Below are positions 1 to 7,660 of a stretch of 13,717 nucleotides of DNA, one piece after another. Within the stretch, counting starts at the first letter, position 1. Every line of letters starts with the position of its first letter. The stretch lies in assembly GCA_041752695.1 (NCBI GenBank), contig JBGSVZ010000022.1, positions 1 to 13,717 on the forward strand. The letters run 5' to 3'. This DNA comes from Terrimicrobiaceae bacterium (lineage in GTDB: Bacteria > Verrucomicrobiota > Verrucomicrobiia > Chthoniobacterales > Terrimicrobiaceae). Both the position numbers and the translations under genes were made by a program. The notes under the pieces are model-generated. The model was given only the letters and a program-made list of their open reading frames with translations. It made no database searches and was not told the DNA's origin.

Positions 1-332
1 CCGCCGCCGCCCCGCAGGCGGAGGCCCCGGCCGCGCCGAAGATGGGCCTCAAGGAAATCAAGGAAATGCGCCGCGCCGAATCCGCCCGCAAACAGGCCGC
101 CGCCAAGGCAGAACGCGAACGTCAGAAACGCATCGCCGAACTCGAAGAAACCATCCACCGCCTGGAAGCCCGGCAAAAGGAACTCACCGCCGAACTCGAA
201 ACCCCAGAGACCCACGGCAATTCCAACCGCTCCTTCCAGCTCAACCGAGAACTGGCCAATCTTCACGATCAACTCGACGCCGCCAACGCCGCCTGGTCGG
301 CCGAGGCGGAGGCGCTGGAAGTTTCGGCGTGA
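1..332 (+). CDS. ABC-F family ATP-binding protein (Uup/YheS-like), C-terminal coiled-coil domain; 5'-truncated by the window edge
   Basis: The frame is open from base 3 (AAAPQAEAPAAPKMGLKEIKEMRRAE...RIAELEETIHRLEARQKELTAELETPETH...LNRELANLHDQLDAANAAW). A linker followed by a two-helix hairpin with IxxLE...L..P..(Y/H) and a terminal W is typical of the ABC_tran_CTD of ABC-F proteins. The ATG at 42 is probably internal. Confidence 0.75.
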   Translation, partial: AAAPQAEAPAAPKMGLKEIKEMRRAESARKQAAAKAERERQKRIAELEETIHRLEARQKELTAELETPETHGNSNRSFQLNRELANLHDQLDAANAAWSAEAEALEVSA

Positions 333-388
333 AGGGCACATCTGCAAGCCACCTTGCATAGTTACCCGGGAGCGGTTAGACGTCTGTC

Positions 389-700
389 GTGAAGACGCAT
401 CAGGAAATTGACCGCCGGAGCCTTCTGCTGCACCGGCTCATTTCCCAAAAACTTCAGCGAAACCCCCACTTGGTCGAACACGCACAGCGAACCGCAAGCC
501 GCTGGGCAACCTGCCGTCCGGAATCTCCCGCACCCAAGGAGTGGTCCCGGTTATTGGCCCGCTCGGACGTTAGGTCCATCGTTCAGATCTTGCGTTCGCG
601 TTCGCGGGAAGCGACCCGTCTCCGCCAATCTAGCCCGTTCACGGGCATCCTGAGCGAGGAAGAGCGCGGCAAAGTTCTTCGCCGTTATGCGGCTGCCTGA
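389..700 (+). CDS. Small basic hypothetical protein, putative antitoxin/partner of the downstream nucleotidyltransferase
   Basis: 103-aa ORF with GTG start, Arg-rich, containing SLLLHRLI, EWSRLL and LRQSSPFTGILSEEER. I recall this motif from proteins encoded immediately upstream of DUF6036 genes. Its 3' end overlaps the next ATG (687) by 14 nt. Confidence 0.7.
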   Translation: MKTHQEIDRRSLLLHRLISQKLQRNPHLVEHAQRTASRWATCRPESPAPKEWSRLLARSDVRSIVQILRSRSREATRLRQSSPFTGILSEEERGKVLRRYAAA

Positions 701-1237
701 TATCGAACACGTGTTGCGCGCCGCCAAAGCGGCGACAGAAGAAACCGAGTTTGTCATCATCGGAAGCCAAGCCGTGCTGGCCCGGTTGCCTGATGCCCCC
801 CGCTTTCTCGCGTATTCCGACGAAGTCGATATTACACCCTGCACGCCCCGGAGAAATCGGATATGATCGACGGCTCTCTTGGCGAGTTGTCTCCCTTCCA
901 CGAAAGTTACGGCTACTACGCCCATGGAGTTGGTCCGGAAACAGCGGTACTCCCACTTCGGTGGCGCGAACGCGCGATTCGGCTGGAAACGCAAAATACC
1001 GCTGGAGCGATTGCCCACTGCCTTCACCCACTTGACCTGGCGTACTCGAAACTCGCGGCGGCGCGTCCAAAGGATACCGCTTTCGTGGGGGAAATGATTC
1101 GGTGCAATTTGGTGAAGGCAGGTGCCATCGAGAAAATCATTGAGGAAGAAACCGCTGACACGCGCGTCTCTCCGCAATTCCTGCTCACGACATTGGACAT
1201 CGCCAAGGGGAAGAGTCTCCAGCCTCCCCAAGAGTAA
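687..1237 (+). pseudogene. DUF6036-type (Pol-beta superfamily) nucleotidyltransferase, frameshifted near 831-833 (pseudogene or sequencing error)
   Basis: ATG 687 reads MRLPDIEHVLRAAKAATEETEFVIIGSQAVLARLPDAPRFLAYSDEVDI (hhGS and ExD NTase motifs) and stops at TGA 864-866. The frame of ORF 863..1237 reads YTLHAPEKSDMIDGSLGELSPFHESYGYYAHGVGPETAVLPLRWRER...DLAYSKLAAARPKD from about 833. Adding one T to GATATTACACC (giving GAT ATT TAC ACC) yields one 183-aa protein. Confidence 0.8.
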
Positions 1238-1261
1238 ACCCCGCAGATATCGTCCCTTCCC

Positions 1262-1621
1262 GTGCCCGAATCTCTCCCCAAAGACTCCAAGCTGCCGACC
1301 CGCGAATTCGAACGCGCGACGCGGCATGTGTTTCTCTGTGTCGGACCGGACTGCTGTGATCCCGTGGCCCATGCGGGGCTGTGGGATCTCCTGAAGGCCG
1401 AGACAAAAACGCTCGGAGTCCCCGTGATGCGCACGAAGGCTGCGTGCCTGCGCATCTGTCAGGAAGGCCCCTGGCTGGTCGTTTATCCCGACGGCGTCTG
1501 GTATGGCCGGCTCACCCCCGAACGCCTCCGCCACATTCTGCACGAGCATGTCGAAAACAACCGGCCTGTCCGCGACTGGATCGCCGCCGAGATGCCGGCG
1601 CTGCGGCAGGGCAACGAGTAG
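1262..1621 (+). CDS. Thioredoxin-like [2Fe-2S] ferredoxin
   Basis: HVFLCVGPDCC...RTKAACLRICQEGPWLVVYPDGVWYGRLTPE: CxxxxCC and CLxxCxxGP cysteine motifs plus the VVYPDGVWY signature of TRX-like ferredoxins. GTG start. Confidence 0.9.
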   Translation: MPESLPKDSKLPTREFERATRHVFLCVGPDCCDPVAHAGLWDLLKAETKTLGVPVMRTKAACLRICQEGPWLVVYPDGVWYGRLTPERLRHILHEHVENNRPVRDWIAAEMPALRQGNE

Positions 1622-1734
1622 TTCACGCACGCGGCATCCATGCGTCCGACCTGCCGCGACAGGACAAGGAAGGGCGAGATTATCTCAAGGGCGGGTAAGC
1701 GAACGGTCCCGGTCTGGCGGAAGTTCGGATTAAG

Positions 1735-2424
1735 ATGAAAGAGCCAGCGACAGACAAATGGCGGGCCTACCTCCTTGCCCAGGCCAAAACCCCGATGTCC
1801 AATGCGCCGAAGCCAAAGGTTCGTGCGCTCACCATTTCACGGGAGACAGGAGCCGGCGGAGGAGCCATCGGACACTTGGTGATGGAAATGATGGAAGCCC
1901 GCCTGCGGGACCGCCAGCCGTGGGCGGTTTTTAATCGCGACCTGGTGAAGCAAGTGCTGGAGGATAGTCGCCTCCCGGAATCCCTGGAGCCCTACATGCC
2001 GGAGGACGCACGCAGCAGGGTCACCGAGGTGCTGGAGGAACTTCTGGGCACGCACCCGTCTTCCTGGACGCTGGTGGAACGCACGAACCAAACCATTCTC
2101 CGATTGGCGATGGCCGGCAATGTGGTCCTTGTCGGGCGCGGGGCCCATCTGGTCACAGCGCAACTGCCGCATGTCTTTCACCTCCGCGTGATCGCGCCTC
2201 TTGAAGTTCGGGTGAAACACGTGATGGAGAAAAAGCACCTCCGGGCCGTGGAAGCGGCGGAGTTTGTACGGCAAGGGGACCTCGCCAAGGCCCGCTATCT
2301 GCAGCGCAATTTCGGTGCCGGGGGCCGCGATCCGCTGCACTTCCACCTCACCATCAACACCGGGAGGATCAATTTTCTCCAGGCCGCCGGGATGGTGGCG
2401 GACGCTCTCACGGGGTCGCACTGA
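1735..2424 (+). CDS. Cytidylate kinase-like family protein (Cytidylate_kin2)
   Basis: LTISRETGAGGGAIG degenerate P-loop, NVVLVGRGA, HLRVIAPLEVRV, and DPLHFHLTINTG at the C-terminus. Confidence 0.85.
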   Translation: MKEPATDKWRAYLLAQAKTPMSNAPKPKVRALTISRETGAGGGAIGHLVMEMMEARLRDRQPWAVFNRDLVKQVLEDSRLPESLEPYMPEDARSRVTEVLEELLGTHPSSWTLVERTNQTILRLAMAGNVVLVGRGAHLVTAQLPHVFHLRVIAPLEVRVKHVMEKKHLRAVEAAEFVRQGDLAKARYLQRNFGAGGRDPLHFHLTINTGRINFLQAAGMVADALTGSH

Positions 2425-2491
2425 CTCCACCGCGCCCCCGGACAGGATGGGCTTCCCTAACGCGGGATATTCCGTTTAACTCCCCGCCCTT

Positions 2492-3175
2492 GTGATGAAA
2501 ACCCTCAAGGATGCCTGGCCTTCCATTTGCGACTTTTCCGTCAAGCTCGACCTTCCGCCGAGCCGTTGGAAACACGAGTGGTCCACCCACGAAAAAAGCG
2601 CCAAACGTCTTTACAACGCCATCCGCTGGCACAAACCCCAGGTGATCGTCGAGACCGGCACCTTCGAGGGCCTCGGCACCTACACCATGGCCAAAGCCGC
2701 GGCGGAAAATGCCAATGGCGCGAAAATTTTCACGATCGACTACGACGGAGATCCGGAGGTGAGCACGATCCCGATGGAGGATTGGCTGGAACTCCGGCGG
2801 TTCCGCGAAGAAAACCTCCAGCTCGCCCGCGACACCTTTCCAAACGTCGAGATCACTTTTCTCAACGGCGATTCGCGCCAGATGCTGCCAACGATTTTCC
2901 CTTCGAAGGTGCCGCAGTGGGATTTTTTCTTTCAGGACTCCATGCATTTCACCAGCGGCATCCTCGACGAATGGCGGCTGATGCGGCCGTTTGCCAAGGC
3001 GGGGTCGGTGGTGGTGTTTGACGACGTCTGCCTGGACTGGAAACTCCTGCCCCACCACCTGATGGGTCGTAAAAATTTCTGCCTCCACTTCGTGCTCAAC
3101 GAGTCCTGGAAAAATGGCTGGCCCTATTGCTCGACGGCGGAGGGCCGCTCGCAGTTCTGGGCGCAGAAGAGCTGA
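2492..3175 (+). CDS. Class I SAM-dependent methyltransferase (Methyltransf_24-like)
   Basis: IVETGTFEGLGT SAM-binding motif I, IFTID, GDS, DFFFQDSMH (variant of DxxxIDGxH) and GSVVVFDD. Start is GTG 2492 or ATG 2495. Confidence 0.8.
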   Translation: MMKTLKDAWPSICDFSVKLDLPPSRWKHEWSTHEKSAKRLYNAIRWHKPQVIVETGTFEGLGTYTMAKAAAENANGAKIFTIDYDGDPEVSTIPMEDWLELRRFREENLQLARDTFPNVEITFLNGDSRQMLPTIFPSKVPQWDFFFQDSMHFTSGILDEWRLMRPFAKAGSVVVFDDVCLDWKLLPHHLMGRKNFCLHFVLNESWKNGWPYCSTAEGRSQFWAQKS

Positions 3176-3205
3176 GGATGTGCGGCAAGAGCCTGCCGCT
3201 CCCCA

Positions 3206-3754
3206 TCAGACGGGATTCACCGCGCCGACGAACTTCACAAAACCTTCGGCCTGTCCGCGCAGGCGTCCGAGCCATTCCTCGTTGGAAAGGCGGCCTTCCG
3301 AGGTGAGATGGTCATTGATCCCGGGCATAAAAACACGGTCGGGAAAAATGTGGGCGTTGCGATACGAAAAGATGGCCTGGAGTTGCTCCACCGGACGCAG
3401 CGCGCCCCACATCCCGGCGGCGAGACCGGTGAAACACACCGGACGGCCTTCGAAACTCTCGGGAAATTTCAGCATGTCGATGAAGTATTTCAGCACACCG
3501 GGCAGGCCGCCATTGTACTCCGGAGTCACCACATGGATGCCGCGGCTGGCAAGGATGGCGTCGGAGAAGGGTTTGAAGGAGGAGGGTTTCTCCGCATAGC
3601 TGGCGGGCGAAAAAATTTCGGGCGGAAGGTCGGCGAGGTCGAGGATTTGGGTTGGCTGACCGAGCGCGCGGTAGATCGCATCGAGGTGGGCGACAATCTT
3701 ACGGGTGTTGCTGCCAGGACGGTTCGTTCCAGAAAGTAGGACAATTTTCGACAT
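3206..3754 (-). CDS. NADPH-dependent FMN reductase (flavodoxin-like, SsuE/ChrR family)
   Basis: LLSGTNRPGSNT FMN-phosphate loop, VTPEYNGGLPGVLKYFID, and GMWGALR. Confidence 0.92.
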   Translation of the reverse strand: MSKIVLLSGTNRPGSNTRKIVAHLDAIYRALGQPTQILDLADLPPEIFSPASYAEKPSSFKPFSDAILASRGIHVVTPEYNGGLPGVLKYFIDMLKFPESFEGRPVCFTGLAAGMWGALRPVEQLQAIFSYRNAHIFPDRVFMPGINDHLTSEGRLSNEEWLGRLRGQAEGFVKFVGAVNPV

Positions 3755-3804
3755 GCCGCCAAGGAAGCATCAATCGCCCCGCCCCGCCACTGGGAAACAC
3801 GCCC

Positions 3805-4431
3805 TCAGCCGAGAAAAAAGACGCACTCGTAGTTTCCGCCGATCTGCCTCACTTCGCGGCGCACGGGCACGGCGAGCACGCGTTGGAGGGCGTCCCGCTC
3901 GAGGTCCGGGGTGCCGGGGTAGGCTTCAATCAGCCCCAACATCGGATGGTGGCGCTCAATCAACCGCGGAGGGTCATCTGCAAATTCTGCCATATACCCC
4001 TCCTTCTCGCGGAGCTTGGCCAGAGACAACGCGCGTTCCGGCAGGGTGTCCCCTTTGACTTTCGCCGCGTAGTCCGCCGCCTTCTGCTGGAAGTGCAGGT
4101 AGAGCATTTTCTCCGGGGCGCCGGGGCCGAAGAGTTTTCGTGCCTGCTCCAGCAGGGAAATACAAAGCGCGTTGTCGGCCTGCGGGAAAAGGTCCTGCGC
4201 CTTGGTGGTGAGCCGGTAGAGCAATTCCGGCCGGCCCACACCGCGGTGACGCCGGAAGGTGTCGAGATACCCGTCGCGTTCGAGTTCGATGCAGTGCTGT
4301 TTCGCGCCCATGTAGCTCATGTCGAGACGGGCGGCGAGTTCGGCCACGGTGAGACCCTCCGCGCTACGCTTGAGGTGATTCACCACCGCCAGCCGCTGGC
4401 TCCGGCCAATCTGGGAGATGAGACGCTGCAT
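3805..4431 (-). CDS. Winged-helix transcriptional regulator, ArsR/SufR-like (COG2345-type)
   Basis: GLTVAELAARLDMSYMGAKQHCIELERDGYL HTH and GVGRPELLYRLT wing, then FPQ and a C-terminal ligand domain (LREKEGYMAE...). I chose ATG 4431 (MQRLISQIG) over the TTG at 4482. Confidence 0.85.
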   Translation of the reverse strand: MQRLISQIGRSQRLAVVNHLKRSAEGLTVAELAARLDMSYMGAKQHCIELERDGYLDTFRRHRGVGRPELLYRLTTKAQDLFPQADNALCISLLEQARKLFGPGAPEKMLYLHFQQKAADYAAKVKGDTLPERALSLAKLREKEGYMAEFADDPPRLIERHHPMLGLIEAYPGTPDLERDALQRVLAVPVRREVRQIGGNYECVFFLG

Positions 4432-4489
4432 GGTTGCGATGCCCGGAACATCACCCGCCCAGACGCCGGCGGCAACCCTCAACTCAATG

Positions 4490-4660
4490 GAGCGTGCTTA
4501 AAAATGCAAATTCTGGAGGGTGCCGGGCCCTCAGCACCAGGGGATGCGTGCGCCCGCATTTGCCGCCGCTTCGCTTCGCCCTTTGGGTTGCCTTCGGCAA
4601 GCGGTCTCGCTTCGCTCGGCTCTCCACTTTCCCCAAAGATCCGCAATTTTTAACCCACTC
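4490..4660. mobile_element. MITE-like element (171 bp) with imperfect 18-bp terminal inverted repeats enclosing REP-like hairpins
   Basis: Left end GAGCGTGCTTAAAAATGC (4490-4507) versus reverse complement of right end GAGTGGGTTAAAAATTGC (4643-4660), 13/18 identical. Inner TGGAG (4514-4518)/CTCCA (4622-4626), several hairpins, and a CGCTTCGCT direct repeat (4567-4575, 4608-4616). It abuts the degP stop codon. Confidence 0.55.
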
Positions 4661-6064
4661 TTACTGTTTGAGGATTTTGAAGGTCCGCTGCCCCTCGCGC
4701 TCGATAAAAATCATCAGCCCCCGCGAAAGGTCCGCCCCGGCAAGCACTGCCTCAAGGTCGGCTTTGTTGCGAACCGGTTTGCCTCCCGCCTCGATCACCA
4801 CATCGCCAGGCTGCAGGCCCGCAAGCGCGGCCGCCGTGCCCTCGCCGACTTCCGTCACGACCACACCCCGGGACGGTGCCCCTTCCGGCGATTCCTGAAG
4901 CGTCATTCCCGGAAACGCGGGGGCTACCTGCGGGCCGGGAACCGATGGGACGGCTGGGGGCCGGCGATTTGTCGCGCGCATCAGGCGATCGGGCTGTTCC
5001 CCGGTCTGAACCGCAACGTTCATGGTCTGGCCTGCCCGCCAGACTTCCAACTGCACGCTGGAGCCCACCTTTTTCGAGAGAATCTCGCGCTGCAAATCCC
5101 GGGAAACCGCCACAGGCACGCTGTCCACCTTGAGAATCACATCCCCCTCGCGCAGATCGCTGGTGTAGGCGGGGGTATTAGGCTCGATTTGTTCCACGAC
5201 AACGCCCTTCTCCAACGCGGTGAAATAATTTTGCAGAGGGACACTTTCCTCAATCCCTTTTATGCCGATGCCCAGCCAGGGCCGGGACACCCGTCCGTTG
5301 GCCACGAGCTGGTCACTGACATTTTTCACCATGTTGATCGGCACGGCAAATCCCAGGCCGCGGTTCATGCCGGCAATGAGGGTGTTCACCCCCACCACTT
5401 TACCGTCGATATCACAGAGCGGACCGCCGCTGTTGCCGGGATTGATCGAGGCATCAGTCTGGATATATTCCTCATAGTTCGGGGACTGCTGAAGATCGTT
5501 GCGGCCTTTCGCGCTGATCACCCCGACGGTAAAAGTGTAGGGCAGGGCCTCGGGCGCGCCAATGGCGAAGGCAAAGTTGCCCACCTTGACCATGTCGCTG
5601 TCGCCGAGTTCGGCAACGGGAAGATTCCCCGCGTCGATCTTGATCACGGCGATGTCGGATTTGGGATCTGCTCCCACGAGAGTCGCCGGAAATTTCCGAC
5701 CGTCCTTGAGTTTCACGAGCAGGCCGTCCGGAGCGGCATTATCCACCACATGATTGTTGGTAATAATGTGCCCTTCCTGGGAGACGATAAATCCGGAACC
5801 CTGGTCGGGCATCAGGGGAAGGGAACGGTCCGGCTGCTGGCGGCGGAAGAAAAATTCCAGCCCCTCGGGAAGACCACTCACCGGGGCATCCGCAGACCGG
5901 CGGACCTCGATCACCACGACGGTCGGTGCGATCTTGTCATAAACCTGCGCGAAGGAATCGTTGAGTTGACGGACGAGGGCGCCGGACGATGCGGGCTGTT
6001 CCGCGACGAGGGAACCGGCAACCAGCAGTCCTGAGAAAAGGACGGCGAAAGGCGAATGATTCAT
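4661..6064 (-). CDS. degP: DegP/HtrA (Do/DeqQ family) periplasmic serine protease with two PDZ domains
   Basis: Catalytic triad motifs TNNHVV, DIAVIK and TDASINPGNSGGPL, plus GLGFAVP, RPWLGI and two PDZ repeats (LREGDVI, LQPGDVV). The signal-peptide-like N-terminus MNHSPFAVLFSGLLVAGSLVA places the start at ATG 6064, not 6679. Confidence 0.93.
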   Translation of the reverse strand: MNHSPFAVLFSGLLVAGSLVAEQPASSGALVRQLNDSFAQVYDKIAPTVVVIEVRRSADAPVSGLPEGLEFFFRRQQPDRSLPLMPDQGSGFIVSQEGHIITNNHVVDNAAPDGLLVKLKDGRKFPATLVGADPKSDIAVIKIDAGNLPVAELGDSDMVKVGNFAFAIGAPEALPYTFTVGVISAKGRNDLQQSPNYEEYIQTDASINPGNSGGPLCDIDGKVVGVNTLIAGMNRGLGFAVPINMVKNVSDQLVANGRVSRPWLGIGIKGIEESVPLQNYFTALEKGVVVEQIEPNTPAYTSDLREGDVILKVDSVPVAVSRDLQREILSKKVGSSVQLEVWRAGQTMNVAVQTGEQPDRLMRATNRRPPAVPSVPGPQVAPAFPGMTLQESPEGAPSRGVVVTEVGEGTAAALAGLQPGDVVIEAGGKPVRNKADLEAVLAGADLSRGLMIFIEREGQRTFKILKQ

Positions 6065-6099
6065 GGGCGGAAAATTACGCCTTGCGGCGCAGATTTCAA
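6065..6099 (-). promoter_or_regulatory. Putative sigma-70 promoter for leaderless degP mRNA
   Basis: Minus strand TTGAAA (6099-6094), 16 nt, TAATTT (6077-6072), 7 nt, then ATG 6064. No Shine-Dalgarno sequence. Confidence 0.55.
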
Positions 6100-6187
6100 G
6101 GGGTGAGGAAAAATAAGGAAAAAATCCGTTGCCAGCTAGGAAAGCGTATGTTTCTACTGGCCGGTCGGATGGGATTTCACGTTGTTT

Positions 6188-7645
6188 ATGAGCCGAAAAT
6201 CTGCTGAGGGAACTGGGAAAGCTGCCGGCTTTCAATTGAAAAAAACTGCACCTGCCGAGGACGCAGAGGCCGGAGCCGTCGATCATCCAATCGCGGAACC
6301 CTCCTCGGAGCTCGACCGCCTCGGCGACCTGCCGCATAGCTACGGATCGGACACGATCTTTCTCGTCGCCCAGGAGCCGCACTGGCTTTTCACCTACTGG
6401 GACATCGACATCGCCCGGCACCCCGGCGGTCAGACTTTTCTCCGCGTCTATGAGGGCGAGGAGAGCATCGAAGCGGAGATCGAAGTGCCCTTCGAAACCC
6501 GGAATTGGTACATTCCGGTCAAAGTTGCGGGAGCCCGCTACACCGTCGAAATCGGCTATTACCGCGGCAGCGCGTGGAAGTTGATCGCACGTTCCGTCAC
6601 CATCCAGACCCCGCCCGACCGCCTTTCGGATTCCGAGAGTTTCGACTACGCGACGATTCCTCTCCATCTGAGCTTCCAAAAGCTCATGGAAAACATCCAG
6701 ACCGCGATCAAGTCCGGCGAGACTCTGATCCAGGCCCTAGCCCGCCTGCAAAAGGACGGCAAATTGATGGCTTTCGGAGAGGGCGTCGCCGCCGATTTTT
6801 CCACTGACCAGCGTGTGGTGCTCGAGGCGCTCCTTGGCCGCGAGTTGATGGATAACCTCTCGAGCGGAGCGTTCAGTTCCGAGGAGATCGAGTCTCGCAT
6901 CCGCCAGCATCTCGACGAAAAACTGAGCAGTGGCAACGCCAGTGAGTTGCTTGCCAAGGGCCAGTGGGGCTCGGAGGAAAGCAGTCTTTTCAGCGCGCTC
7001 GGAGCCCTATCCAGCGGCGGCGGCAGCAGCGGGTCCAGTTGGGGCGCCGCGGCGCTTTCGAGCTGGGCCGCAGCGGCTCTGACCAGTTGGGCTGCGGCCG
7101 CCCAAGGCCCCACCTCGAGTTGGGGCGCAGAAAATCTCGGCAGCTGGCCCGCCCAAGCGAGCTGGAGCGCGGCAGCCCTTTCCAGTTGGCTGCAGGGTGC
7201 GCAGACCAGTTTTCTGCAAGCCGCCCAAAGCAGCTGGCCCGGAGCGACCGCGCTCTCCAGTTGGAGCCAGGCCGCTCTCACCAGCTGGTCGGCGGCGGCC
7301 ACCAGCAGTTGGGCGGGAGGCTCGGAAACCCTGAGTTCCTTCGGCCAGACGCAGCGGGAATTTTTCATGCACGTCAATGCGGAGGTGATCTTCTACGGCG
7401 GCACGGATCCTCGCGCCAAGGTCACGGTGGACGGCAAACCGATCACCCTGAATCCCGACGGCACCTTCCGCTACCATTTCATATTCCCGGATGGCACCTA
7501 CGAGATTCCGATTGTGGCCACTTCGCCCGACGGCGTGGAGACCCGCTCGGCCATTCTTCGTTTTGACCGCGGCACGCAGAAGCAGGGCAAAGTCGACGAC
7601 ACCGCCCAGCCTCCCCTCGCTGCTCCCATGGGCGCAGGGTCCTAG
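6188..7645 (+). CDS. DUF4912 domain-containing protein with internal SSW repeats and a C-terminal beta-sandwich-like domain
   Basis: LPHSYGSDTIFLVAQEPHWLFTYWDI...RNWYIPV...YTVEIGYY...LIARS...TPPD matches the DUF4912 pattern. The C-terminal FFMHVNAEVIFYGGTDPRAKVTVDGKPITLNPDGTFRYHFIFPDG resembles the tail I recall from long DUF4912 proteins. Confidence 0.85.
   Translation: MSRKSAEGTGKAAGFQLKKTAPAEDAEAGAVDHPIAEPSSELDRLGDLPHSYGSDTIFLVAQEPHWLFTYWDIDIARHPGGQTFLRVYEGEESIEAEIEVPFETRNWYIPVKVAGARYTVEIGYYRGSAWKLIARSVTIQTPPDRLSDSESFDYATIPLHLSFQKLMENIQTAIKSGETLIQALARLQKDGKLMAFGEGVAADFSTDQRVVLEALLGRELMDNLSSGAFSSEEIESRIRQHLDEKLSSGNASELLAKGQWGSEESSLFSALGALSSGGGSSGSSWGAAALSSWAAAALTSWAAAAQGPTSSWGAENLGSWPAQASWSAAALSSWLQGAQTSFLQAAQSSWPGATALSSWSQAALTSWSAAATSSWAGGSETLSSFGQTQREFFMHVNAEVIFYGGTDPRAKVTVDGKPITLNPDGTFRYHFIFPDGTYEIPIVATSPDGVETRSAILRFDRGTQKQGKVDDTAQPPLAAPMGAGS
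7034..7342 (+). repeat. Intragenic protein-level repeat, 13 units of x-S-(W/F), mostly 8-aa period
   Basis: SSWGAAAL SSWAAAAL TSWAAAAQGPT SSWGAENL GSWPAQ ASWSAAAL SSWLQGAQ TSFLQAAQ SSWPGATAL SSWSQAAL TSWSAAAT SSWAGGSETL SSF. Confidence 0.9.
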
Positions 7646-7660
7646 GAGCGCCCGCTCCCG

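Noticed and set aside
1622..1734. Inverted repeats CGCGGCA/TGCCGCG (1630-1658) and GAGAT-T-ATCTC (1676-1686)
   Set aside because: They are short, lack a U-tract and match no operator I recognise, so they are compatible with chance at this GC content.
4520..6034. 504-aa plus-strand ORF, and similarly 10341..11450, 11215..12900, 3652..4653, 551..1630 and 13070..13621
   Set aside because: These are antisense shadows of well-supported genes (degP, mrp, rpoN, the regulator, the NTase/ferredoxin, kdsA). Long stop-free reverse frames are expected in GC-rich DNA, and the translations show no recognisable motifs.
6065..6679. 205-aa N-terminal extension of DegP in the ORF track
   Set aside because: It overlaps the DUF4912 gene in antisense. 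The signal peptide and a promoter point to ATG 6064.
7034..7342. SSW repeat as a CRISPR array or multi-core RiPP precursor
   Set aside because: There are no identical DNA repeats with unique spacers. The tract is in-frame within a two-domain protein, and no cas or RiPP maturase genes are in the window.
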